From: an uncultured virus (IMG/VR IMGVR_UViG_3300011785_000002)
Lineage: Duplodnaviria > Heunggongvirae > Uroviricota > Caudoviricetes
Strand: one strand, 5' to 3'
DNA length: 64,000 nt
IMG/VR virus record: IMGVR_UViG_3300011785_000002
Location: 1 to 64,000 of that record
Each line of letters opens with the position of its first letter. Position 1 is the stretch's first letter. This document shows, piece by piece, positions 9,458 to 17,015 of this stretch. The notes under the pieces are model-generated. The model searched no databases. It was not told the origin of the DNA and saw nothing but the letters and a program-made list of their open reading frames with translations. The translations under genes and the position numbers were made by a program.

Positions 9458-10011
9458 AGCCCTTTTTCTAATTCATGGACGGTTAAGGTCAGGATATAAT
9501 CTTCAACATTAAGTTCTTCATATTCTCCGGACAGGAACATTTTGATTAACTCTCCCAGTGTTGGTGCGTTATATTCCTCATAGTTGGAAATCAGATAGGT
9601 TCGCAAATTGCCTTTTCCTGTCGGGGTTTCCAGGGTTAAAGGATTTTTAACTGGGACGTTTTGATTGATTTGATCCAAGACCTGTTTAACACTTGGGGGT
9701 TTGTTGAGATAAGCGGCTAAGACTCCAATGTCTTCCATATTAAGTATATAGACTTGAGGCGTTGTGTTGTGGATCTCGACAATGTCACGTGAGTCTTCAG
9801 TAACGTTGAAATTTCCGTTTAAACCATAAAGGTGAGATACATCAAAAGGTTCTTCCACGAATTTCAGGTAGACAGTGTAAAATTCTTCTCGGTCCCCTGC
9901 AGTAAGTAGTTGAACAGGTGTGGTGAAAATCACCGATTCGATCACATGCTCGGTTCCGTTTCTAAGCACGACTACGTTTCCAGCTTGTAGATTTTCTAAA
10001 CTAATGGGCAT
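9448..10011 (-). CDS. hypothetical protein with N-terminal family-B domain
   Basis: GNVVVLRNG...KFVE...Y..NG...DSRDI; likely start MPISLE after GGGGA. Confidence 0.7.
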   Translation of the reverse strand: MPISLENLQAGNVVVLRNGTEHVIESVIFTTPVQLLTAGDREEFYTVYLKFVEEPFDVSHLYGLNGNFNVTEDSRDIVEIHNTTPQVYILNMEDIGVLAAYLNKPPSVKQVLDQINQNVPVKNPLTLETPTGKGNLRTYLISNYEEYNAPTLGELIKMFLSGEYEELNVEDYILTLTVHELEKGLWQ

Positions 10012-10021
10012 ATTTATTCCC

Positions 10022-10621
10022 CTAATCAATTTTGATTCCCATAAGCACCCCACGTGCTTTATAGTTTTCTCCACCTATGTTGCTAAAATCAACGAAAGCC
10101 ATTGGTGGTTGTTCTTGAACAGTTGTTAGCTTTACCAGAGATAGTTCTTTTTTAACCCCGATAATTTTTGCTATTTTTTGATAGTCAGCCATATAGTCCC
10201 AGTTGAAACATATCTGTTTATCAATAAAAACAGGAGCTTCATTTTTAGGAATTACTCGTTTCCAGTCTGGGTATTTGGCATTAATCAATTGGAATGTTTG
10301 AGAATTGGGCGTCCCCATTATTTGGAGAGTACATTGCTTGGTATCATGTGTTACAAGCACATTGTATTTAGTTAAATCAAGAGATCTTGTGTTTTTAAAC
10401 AAAAAATCAATCGAGTCTTTTGGAATAATAATGCTTGGAAGATCATCATCCAGGTTGGTTACTTCGCAGTAAAACAGGCGGTGACCATCTGTGGAAACAA
10501 TATGGCCTTTATCAATTGCTACGCCTTCGAGATAAAAACGAATGTCTTTATGTGCGGTGCATAATAAGGCTGCTTTTAAAGGGGCTGCAGGTATTTCAAA
10601 TTGGTAATGAGACATAATCAA
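10022..10621 (-). CDS. DNA polymerase III beta-clamp-like protein (partial, ~200 aa)
   Basis: DIRFYLEGV..VSTDGHRL, IIIPK, KYPDWKRVIP and FN.DY motifs of the DnaN middle/C-terminal domains. Confidence 0.8.
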   Translation of the reverse strand: MIMSHYQFEIPAAPLKAALLCTAHKDIRFYLEGVAIDKGHIVSTDGHRLFYCEVTNLDDDLPSIIIPKDSIDFLFKNTRSLDLTKYNVLVTHDTKQCTLQIMGTPNSQTFQLINAKYPDWKRVIPKNEAPVFIDKQICFNWDYMADYQKIAKIIGVKKELSLVKLTTVQEQPPMAFVDFSNIGGENYKARGVLMGIKID

Positions 10622-10734
10622 TCCTCCCAGTGGTAACGAAGTACACGGGTATTTTGTTTGGCTGCTTTTTCCAGCATGTCACCAAATGACTTGGCACGAA
10701 TGGTGTTGCCGTTCTCAAGTTTTGCTACGATCAT
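10618..10734 (-). CDS. small hypothetical protein (38 aa, not in ORF track)
   Basis: GGAGG RBS then MIVAKLENGNTIRAKSFGDMLEKAAKQNTRVLRYHWED*; fills the gap and overlaps both neighbours. Confidence 0.6.
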   Translation of the reverse strand: MIVAKLENGNTIRAKSFGDMLEKAAKQNTRVLRYHWED

Positions 10735-11209
10735 GGTTTAATTCCTCCAATAATTTACGTAAACCTTCCAGCCAGAATTCGGCAAGTTCAAAGCGTAACG
10801 CGCCATATTCACCGACATAGCGACTGCCGGAAATGTTGTCGTAGAGTACCATCGCCTTGTGCTTCGCCGGTTCCTGGTTGACGTCATATTCCAAGTACAG
10901 TTTCATTGTCTTGAAGTCGAAACCGTCCGGTGCAGGGACAGGATAAAAAACTGATCCGGAGAACTTAGGCCACTGTTTGGAAAGATCCATCAGAATATCC
11001 GAGATACAGCTATATCCACGTTTTGGTGTCTTGCCTGATGGGTAATTCTTTTCAATGTTCCGGCACAGACCAGAGGTGTTGCTGATTTCAATGCCTGAGA
11101 TAGATTTCAGGTCCGGACAGAAAGGAAAAATATCTTTTTGAGATAAAAGATATTCGAGTGTTTCAATGGCTTTTTCTATATATGGAATTTCTTCAATTGA
11201 CCATTTCAT
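10715..11209 (-). CDS. family-A paralogue, hypothetical
   Basis: GLCRN...WPKFSG..YPV...YG.LRFELAE. Confidence 0.75.
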   Translation of the reverse strand: MKWSIEEIPYIEKAIETLEYLLSQKDIFPFCPDLKSISGIEISNTSGLCRNIEKNYPSGKTPKRGYSCISDILMDLSKQWPKFSGSVFYPVPAPDGFDFKTMKLYLEYDVNQEPAKHKAMVLYDNISGSRYVGEYGALRFELAEFWLEGLRKLLEELNHDRSKT

Positions 11210-11750
11210 GTAATTTCTCCTTCAATTTTCCAAGTAAAAACTCAGCTAATTGAAAACGTAACTCACCATAATCGTCGGCATACATGTTTGCACATTCATC
11301 AATACAGGTATGGTAGGCAGCGTATGCTTTTTCCTTTTCATCATGCTCGTCCAGTTCCTTGTCGGGTTCACTGTAAGCTTCCCAGTCCAGGTTGAAGTGT
11401 TCAGGCATAGGTACAGGGTAGCCGTTTGAACCAGATGATCCGGGCCATTCTAAGGATAGTTCCTCAGACATGATTTCAAATTCCGTAAGCCTGGGATCAT
11501 GATGGTGTAGATCCAGGTTCTCGATCTGGTTCGTTTGGATGTTGCTACACAATCCGTATCTGAGATATATCAGTTGATTGTGTTCTCCATAAACATGATC
11601 AGCTCCCGGGGCGTTATATAGATCAATATGAGCCATTCGGGTTTTGTTTTCGATAATCTGCTCAAGCGTCAGAATTGCAGATTCGATCAAAGGTTTCAGG
11701 TGTGGATTGTTGTTTGTCATGTCAGATTTCCTCCAGCTCGATATTTTCAA
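11193..11750 (-). CDS. family-A paralogue, hypothetical
   Basis: GLCSN...WPGSSG..YPV...YG.LRFQLAE. Confidence 0.75.
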   Translation of the reverse strand: MKISSWRKSDMTNNNPHLKPLIESAILTLEQIIENKTRMAHIDLYNAPGADHVYGEHNQLIYLRYGLCSNIQTNQIENLDLHHHDPRLTEFEIMSEELSLEWPGSSGSNGYPVPMPEHFNLDWEAYSEPDKELDEHDEKEKAYAAYHTCIDECANMYADDYGELRFQLAEFLLGKLKEKLHEMVN

Positions 11751-12003
11751 AAATCACATGCTCAACACGGAACCCTGAAAAGTAAAAGCCACCGATCTGG
11801 ATACGGCCGGCGTCTGTGATGATTGCTTTGTCATCTTCCGAAACGACACCTACAAGGAGTTCACTTTGATTTTTATCAACCATGTAAAAGCCTATTTCTG
11901 CGTCGGGTAACTCCTTCATCACAATCTGATTTGGGGTCATGTTGGTGTGGAGATATTGGACTTTATTAAATAAATCCAGAATTGAAATCATACCTCGGTT
12001 CAT
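11722..12003 (-). CDS. hypothetical protein
   Basis: AAGGAG RBS. Confidence 0.65.
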   Translation of the reverse strand: MNRGMISILDLFNKVQYLHTNMTPNQIVMKELPDAEIGFYMVDKNQSELLVGVVSEDDKAIITDAGRIQIGGFYFSGFRVEHVIFENIELEEI

Positions 12004-12004
12004 G

Positions 12005-12637
12005 TTATTTCTCCTTGTTTATCAATTCGTTAGGTGCAATCACTGATCCAATCACAGGCCATTTAAGGTCACCTTCTGTTTGAATTTTCACAGCGTAAGA
12101 CCGAATCTCGGTCAGGGTCTTGATCATTTCTTTGAGTAGTTTCAGACGGTTTGCACCATAAGGTGATTCAGAATCATATTGTCTAAGTGGAAAATAATCT
12201 GAGCAGTGCGACTGGTGCCAGTAATAGGTAAAGACGTCTGGTCGTGTTTTATAATGTTCGATCATTAAGGGACCACAAGAAAACAGGGTATTATTCATTG
12301 CCTGTTGAACTTCTTTTGAAAAATCTGAAATCTGACCTGGTACTGGGAAATCGGAGTTGTCAAAGAATCTCCAGCGGATGTAGTCCATAAAATTTTCAGC
12401 TTCATATTCATTAATCCCAGATATATGTAAACGTGAAGTAATTTGACCGCATAGTCCCATGTTTAAATTGATAGCCAGGTTGTTTGGCATGTGTAATTCG
12501 TCTTTGTTTCGGACGTGTTTAATCAAATATTCTCGGGATTGGCTGAAGTAGTGATCCAGACAGGTTAATCGATCCAATGCGTGGATCAGGCACTCAGTAT
12601 TTAAACTTGGCGCGTTATTGATGTGGATTTTGTCCAT
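12005..12637 (-). CDS. divergent family-A paralogue, hypothetical
   Basis: GLCGQ...FPVP...PYGANRLKLL. Confidence 0.7.
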   Translation of the reverse strand: MDKIHINNAPSLNTECLIHALDRLTCLDHYFSQSREYLIKHVRNKDELHMPNNLAINLNMGLCGQITSRLHISGINEYEAENFMDYIRWRFFDNSDFPVPGQISDFSKEVQQAMNNTLFSCGPLMIEHYKTRPDVFTYYWHQSHCSDYFPLRQYDSESPYGANRLKLLKEMIKTLTEIRSYAVKIQTEGDLKWPVIGSVIAPNELINKEK

Positions 12638-12688
12638 GGTTGTGCCTCTGTTTGTTGGGCTAAAAGAATAGTTTCAGATAAAGGTGTT

Positions 12689-12940
12689 TCAAATATCGTC
12701 TAAAATTAAATTAATCTGTGCACATATATAGTTGTAGTTACAGTTAATGACGTGGACACAGTCCTCGACTGTTGGATTGTCCATTGCTTCAATCTCAGGC
12801 GAAAACTGATTAATCAGATTAAGCAGCGGTTTGTTCAGTGACTGCATGGTCTGGTTCGGTGTATCTGATATTTGAATATGAGTCTGCACATCCATCACAT
12901 AGGTAAACACTTGAATAAAAAGATAATTTTTCTCGTTCAT
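12689..12940 (-). CDS. hypothetical protein
   Basis: ATGA overlap. Confidence 0.6.
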   Translation of the reverse strand: MNEKNYLFIQVFTYVMDVQTHIQISDTPNQTMQSLNKPLLNLINQFSPEIEAMDNPTVEDCVHVINCNYNYICAQINLILDDI

Positions 12941-13167
12941 TGTACAGCTTCCGTTAATTGGGTTTTAAATTCCAGAACAGAACAATCCATGATCGTTGGA
13001 ACGTGCATGTGATCAACACGTAAGATCTGGAGCCAGGTATTAAATCCTTTCACTTCCACAAACTTGTCGTTGACATAGCCTGTGTAAACATACCAGCTGT
13101 TTTTCTTGTTACGTCGAAGCGTATTGATGTAGGCAACAAATTCTTCAGTTGTTAAATAAGATTCCAT
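12937..13167 (-). CDS. hypothetical protein
   Basis: AAGGA RBS; W...G.V....V.VKGF.TWLQI pattern. Confidence 0.65.
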   Translation of the reverse strand: MESYLTTEEFVAYINTLRRNKKNSWYVYTGYVNDKFVEVKGFNTWLQILRVDHMHVPTIMDCSVLEFKTQLTEAVQ

Positions 13168-13178
13168 GGTTTGATCCT

Positions 13179-13280
13179 TTAAGTTTTAATTGCCCAAACC
13201 ACCGCGCTAATTGCGATGATCCAGAATGTCAGGCTTGCGATAATAACCCAGCCCAATACCGATATTTTAAATCTCATCAT
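13179..13280 (-). CDS. small membrane peptide (33 aa, not in ORF track)
   Basis: GGAG RBS; MMRFKISVLGWVIIASLTFWIIAISAVVWAIKT* forms a single hydrophobic helix. Confidence 0.55.
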   Translation of the reverse strand: MMRFKISVLGWVIIASLTFWIIAISAVVWAIKT

Positions 13281-13336
13281 CTTTCTCCAAATAGCTCTGG
13301 TTTGCGTTGTATGGCCGTTTTAGGTCTTGGTGGTAT

Positions 13337-13540
13337 CTATCTACCTGTCTGGTTGAAATACAGCGAAATAAGCATGAATCCGAGCGAAGTAACGAGTATA
13401 TACAGAGCCTCAAACAGATTCTGGATTCGGATCGTGGTTGGTTGGGCTGAAAAATAAATATTCCAGATAAACATGACAAAAGCGATCAACATAACGATGC
13501 AGCCAAGGGTTGCAGTTGTTGTGGAGGGTTTTATGTTCAT
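13337..13540 (-). CDS. small membrane protein
   Basis: two hydrophobic segments, GAGG RBS. Confidence 0.6.
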   Translation of the reverse strand: MNIKPSTTTATLGCIVMLIAFVMFIWNIYFSAQPTTIRIQNLFEALYILVTSLGFMLISLYFNQTGR

Positions 13541-13956
13541 AATGCGTCCTCTTTTGCGTTTACAGCCATTTCACGGAGTCGCTTGGCCGTTTCCCAATGA
13601 ATTTTGAAAACGTGCGAAATACGAGAAATGGTGGCGTTTTGAGATATTAGTTGGTTCAACTGTTGTTTTTGTTGTTCCGTCAAGCTGTCGAATAAAGGTT
13701 GACGGTTGTTTTGCCGGTTACTGGACAAGTACGTGTTGTCGACCGTCCAGGGGATAGTTTGATTGCGACGCTTCAAAACCAGTGTGTGGTTGACTGGTTG
13801 ATTTTGAAACTGGCTGTTAAACCATTGGGTGAAGCTGTAGAAACTTTTGAAGATCGGGTCACAGTCCCAGTAAGGATCATGGATCAGTCTTTGCCAACGT
13901 GGGTACAGTGGGTGATAGGTGCGTTTAAAGCCCTCTATGATTCTTGGTTCAGACAT
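13537..13956 (-). CDS. degenerate HNH-endonuclease-like protein with possible C-terminal HTH
   Basis: HPLY..W...C..F..F..W...L.LKR....W..DN resembles the phage HNH scaffold (L.IDR.D..GNY...NC), but the catalytic residues are altered. Confidence 0.45.
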   Translation of the reverse strand: MSEPRIIEGFKRTYHPLYPRWQRLIHDPYWDCDPIFKSFYSFTQWFNSQFQNQPVNHTLVLKRRNQTIPWTVDNTYLSSNRQNNRQPLFDSLTEQQKQQLNQLISQNATISRISHVFKIHWETAKRLREMAVNAKEDAL

Positions 13957-13975
13957 GGTTGGTGTCCTCGAAAAT

Positions 13976-14001
13976 AAGGCAAGGAGGTTAAGCCTTGCCT
14001 T
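13976..14001. terminator. intrinsic terminator-like hairpin
   Basis: AAGGCAAGG/CCTTGCCTT stem flanked by A/T runs. Confidence 0.6.
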
Positions 14002-14007
14002 TTGAGA

Positions 14008-14637
14008 TTAAATTTCGCTGAAATATAACTCACGATGTTTTACTTCATGCTCAATCAGATATTCCATCAAACGTTTTGCCGTTTCACCATAGACGAATAA
14101 TGTTCTGGATTCAGAATCCACACTCGTAGGCAATAACGGATCTTGTTTTTTATTCAAAGTCACCGAAGGTACTTTGATGAAATAGGCTTCATTGGTGCCT
14201 GAAGCATTTTTCAAATTCTCAACCAGATACTTATAACCAGATTTGGCTTTATCACATTCAGTAATTAAGCCGACATGCTCCAATCCCATAAGAACCAGTT
14301 CTTTTGAATATCGCTGGGTTAATTGATTCACAATGAAGCCGCCCATTGTGTCGTAAACCTGCTTAGATTTATGAATGGCATAAGCAGCAAGAACACTAAA
14401 TTGGGAAAGCACTAAATCAAACAAGGCTTGATTCATAGCCAAGTGCATTAAGCGACCAGAGGGGGAGTAAGTTCGGAGAATAATAAATTCCCCATATTGC
14501 TCAACACTTTTATCGGTAATATCAGGCACATTAAACCCCAGCTCGGCTAGGGACTTGAAAATACGCTTGTGTACGGTTCTAAGATCACAAGCACAGAGGG
14601 TGGAAATCTCATGAGATTGGCGAATATCTGAAATCAT
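14008..14637 (-). CDS. hypothetical protein, weak Rha-like N-terminus
   Basis: AGGAG RBS; SHEISTLCACDLRTVHKRI loosely resembles the Rha N-terminal helix pair. Confidence 0.6.
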   Translation of the reverse strand: MISDIRQSHEISTLCACDLRTVHKRIFKSLAELGFNVPDITDKSVEQYGEFIILRTYSPSGRLMHLAMNQALFDLVLSQFSVLAAYAIHKSKQVYDTMGGFIVNQLTQRYSKELVLMGLEHVGLITECDKAKSGYKYLVENLKNASGTNEAYFIKVPSVTLNKKQDPLLPTSVDSESRTLFVYGETAKRLMEYLIEHEVKHRELYFSEI

Positions 14638-14858
14638 AACTACTCCTGCATTAAATGCTTTACATTTGGTGATGGAAACTCACTTTTTGATAATAATTTA
14701 TGAGCGTAACGATTGCAATAGGTGATACACAATTTGCAGTCATTATTTGCATCGTGGACAACGTTGAGGACACACTTAGGGTGTTTTTACGATCACAGAC
14801 ACGGTTTCGGACAAAATCAGGGACACGGTTTTTGACACAATCCCTTTAAAAACAATGC

Positions 14859-14991
14859 TGTAACTCTTTTGGACATAATATTTTTTTTTATTTACTGCGA
14901 GTAGTATTTTTATCATAATTACATAACTTTACAATACTAACAACTTCCACTCGTACAAATAAAATTAAAAATTATGTCCAAAAGAGTTACA
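14859..14991. repeat. long inverted repeat (21-bp perfect core, imperfect extension inward)
   Basis: TGTAACTCTTTTGGACATAAT (14859-14879) / ATTATGTCCAAAAGAGTTACA (14971-14991). Confidence 0.95.
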
Positions 14992-15037
14992 ACCTTGAAA
15001 AATAAAGCAAAATGGTTTTTTGCAGCTCGTTAAGCAC

Positions 15038-15095
15038 GTAACTGGTTTGTAAAAATCGAATACTTTTTAATCAATTTCACTTACAAGCCAGTTAC
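15038..15095. repeat. 15-bp inverted repeat, 1 mismatch
   Basis: GTAACTGGTTTGTAA / TTACAAGCCAGTTAC. Confidence 0.85.
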
Positions 15096-15151
15096 AAAAG
15101 ACCAAAATCGCAAAATTTCTAAATTCGAAAAACCCTGAAAATTTGGGGACC

Positions 15152-15469
15152 TTATAACTTTTGCGTATATAGACCCAGAATACGATGTTCAATTTCGATA
15201 AAACCCTGTGGTTTAATCTTATTTTTCCATGTAAAAACTAAGCTCTCACCTGTTGACACTTTCACATTTAACGAGTAGCGATTTACAACCCCAGGCCGGT
15301 ATCGGAAATATTCCCCAACCCGAACCCTGGCTCCAACATCACTCCCATCCTCAAAACTGATTTGGAGCATGTCCGTGAAGCCACGAAGACTGACCCCCGA
15401 CCCAGGCAAGACCCCAGACAACAACCCAGCTTCAATATTATTCTTCAGACTTTCAATTTTACTGTTCAT
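15152..15469 (-). CDS. hypothetical protein
   Basis: 105-aa ORF. Confidence 0.55.
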   Translation of the reverse strand: MNSKIESLKNNIEAGLLSGVLPGSGVSLRGFTDMLQISFEDGSDVGARVRVGEYFRYRPGVVNRYSLNVKVSTGESLVFTWKNKIKPQGFIEIEHRILGLYTQKL

Positions 15470-15488
15470 ATAACACCCAAATTTCCAT

Positions 15489-15520
15489 AAAAAAGCCGTA
15501 ATTCACCACGAACTACGGCG
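15489..15520 (-). terminator. intrinsic terminator
   Basis: minus strand GCCGTAGTTC-..-GAATTACGGC followed by a T run. Confidence 0.7.
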
Positions 15521-15572
15521 CAAATAATATTAAATATGGCCACAGTTCGACCCGAACCACGGCGCAAATCAG

Positions 15573-16070
15573 TTAGAAATTGATTTCAGTTTCAATTTCT
15601 AACGTGTTCCAGTTGATCAAATGGCCACTTTCCAAGGCATCAATCAGAGCCATAGCGTGGTTCAGAGCCAGGATTGTGTCCGAGATTATGCCCTGGAATG
15701 GGTCAGAAGCCTGAATTGTGTCACCGGCTTTGATTAAATCACGGACTTTGCCCTGGATCTGGTCACGGATAAAGTCCCGAGTAGTGGCTGTGAGCAGGTC
15801 AGCGTCCGTGAAACCACCCTTGTAAAAGACACTGTTCGGTAAATGTTCTTTGAACCAGATTCTCAAAAGAGAACAAGCGCTCAAAACCGGCATGGTTGTG
15901 TCCCATTGCTTTAAATCATGCGTAGGGAAATCACGGACAAAGTTATTGACCCAGCCTGAGTCCTGGACACGATGATTATTCATCGCGAAATGGAGGCAAC
16001 GCGCCGTTTCTGGCAATTGGACAAGAATTTCTTTAGCGATCATGGTTTTTATTCCTAAATTGAATTTCAA
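15573..16070 (-). CDS. hypothetical protein
   Basis: 165-aa ORF; likely start MIAKE after AGGA. Confidence 0.65.
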   Translation of the reverse strand: MKFNLGIKTMIAKEILVQLPETARCLHFAMNNHRVQDSGWVNNFVRDFPTHDLKQWDTTMPVLSACSLLRIWFKEHLPNSVFYKGGFTDADLLTATTRDFIRDQIQGKVRDLIKAGDTIQASDPFQGIISDTILALNHAMALIDALESGHLINWNTLEIETEINF

Positions 16071-16152
16071 ATTTCAAAAAAACGGCCTCGCGTTTCTAGC
16101 TGGATGCAGCCAGAAAGCTCGCCTTAATAACGCGTTTCTAATACACGTGCAG

Positions 16153-16235
16153 GTGTACGTACACGCACACGCACACACATGTGCGTATGTGTACGCACGC
16201 ATACGCGCGCATACACATACGCGCATATACGCGCG
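16153..16235. repeat. 83-bp perfectly alternating purine/pyrimidine tract (potential Z-DNA)
   Basis: GTGTACGTACACGCAC...ATATACGCGCG; alternation checked base by base. Confidence 0.95.
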
Positions 16236-16243
16236 ATGATCTT

Positions 16244-16317
16244 TGTGGATAACTTTGTGGATAACTCTGTGGATAAGTCGGAAACCCTGTGGATAACTCA
16301 GGGTTCCCTGTGGATAA
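16244..16317 (-). promoter_or_regulatory. array of five perfect DnaA boxes (TTATCCACA on the minus strand)
   Basis: TGTGGATAA at 16244, 16256, 16268, 16288 and 16309. Confidence 0.9.
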
Positions 16318-16325
16318 GTCCGGAC

Positions 16326-16341
16326 TGTTCCACGTGGAACA
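16326..16341. promoter_or_regulatory. parS: parS centromere-like site
   Basis: perfect palindrome TGTTCCACGTGGAACA matching the chromosomal ParB-binding consensus, flanked by TCCGGA on both sides. Confidence 0.85.
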
Positions 16342-16367
16342 ATCCGGATTGTGACATGGGCTAAGGC

Positions 16368-17015
16368 TTAGGCCACTTTCTGAGCCTGAGCCGCTTGCAA
16401 TTTTGCAATGTGGGCCTCAAGTAGTGCCTGGACTTTTAAAGCATTATCCAAGTCAAGCTTGGAAATTTCATCAGCCAATAAAAAAGCCGTGTCATTATCA
16501 GTAACAATGGCCGGCGCGTTGTCCATGTCGTTGCCAGTGATCGACTCAGGCGCATCACCTGAGGTCTTCATCTGGTCAAAGCCATAGGCAATTGACACGG
16601 TATTAAAATCAACTTGATCATGAGCATACTGGCTTAAGATCCCGTCTTTTAGCACCTGAGCACTGGCTACAATGGCCTTGATTTTTTTCTTGTCATCTGC
16701 TGTTAGCTCAGTCATTGTCTTAGCTAGTTTTTTATACATAGCCAAGTATTGTGCATAGTTGTCATGCTTACATGCTTTAGCTGCCGAATCCTGATTGTGA
16801 ATTGATAAAGCCTTGTTAAGCAAGGCGTCTTGTAAGCCATCCATAACAAAAAAGTCCAGTGTAGCGTTGGTTTTTTTAGCCTTTACCGCTTTTAGCACCT
16901 GATTTAAGACTTGTGCATTTTTGCCTAAGTTTACGATTTTAGAAACGAAAGTTTCCGCTTTGATTGCTTTTGACACGTTGTCTGCATTGAACGCTGTTAG
17001 CTTTAAAGTTTTCAT
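16368..17015 (-). CDS. Ala/Lys-rich hypothetical protein (candidate first-expressed gene)
   Basis: 215-aa ORF, AAGGA RBS, alone downstream of a sigma70-type promoter. Confidence 0.75.
   Translation of the reverse strand: MKTLKLTAFNADNVSKAIKAETFVSKIVNLGKNAQVLNQVLKAVKAKKTNATLDFFVMDGLQDALLNKALSIHNQDSAAKACKHDNYAQYLAMYKKLAKTMTELTADDKKKIKAIVASAQVLKDGILSQYAHDQVDFNTVSIAYGFDQMKTSGDAPESITGNDMDNAPAIVTDNDTAFLLADEISKLDLDNALKVQALLEAHIAKLQAAQAQKVA

Noticed and set aside
743..13977. Short plus-strand ORFs in the early block, and antisense ORFs within structural/replication genes elsewhere
   Set aside because: Shadow frames of tightly packed genes on the opposite strand, with no RBS or recognisable motifs.
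14859..14991. Inverted repeat as a MITE/IS end or protelomerase site
   Set aside because: No target-site duplication, transposase or protelomerase is seen, and the arms are separated by ~90 bp rather than forming a contiguous palindrome.
16244..16317. Repeat array as a mini-CRISPR
   Set aside because: Repeats are 9 bp with 3-12 bp gaps, far too short, and no cas genes are present.
16042..16364. Plus-strand ORFs 16042-16239 and 16179-16364
   Set aside because: They are translations of the R/Y tract and DnaA boxes (HAHAHT, VDNFVDN), have no RBS and run opposite to all neighbours.
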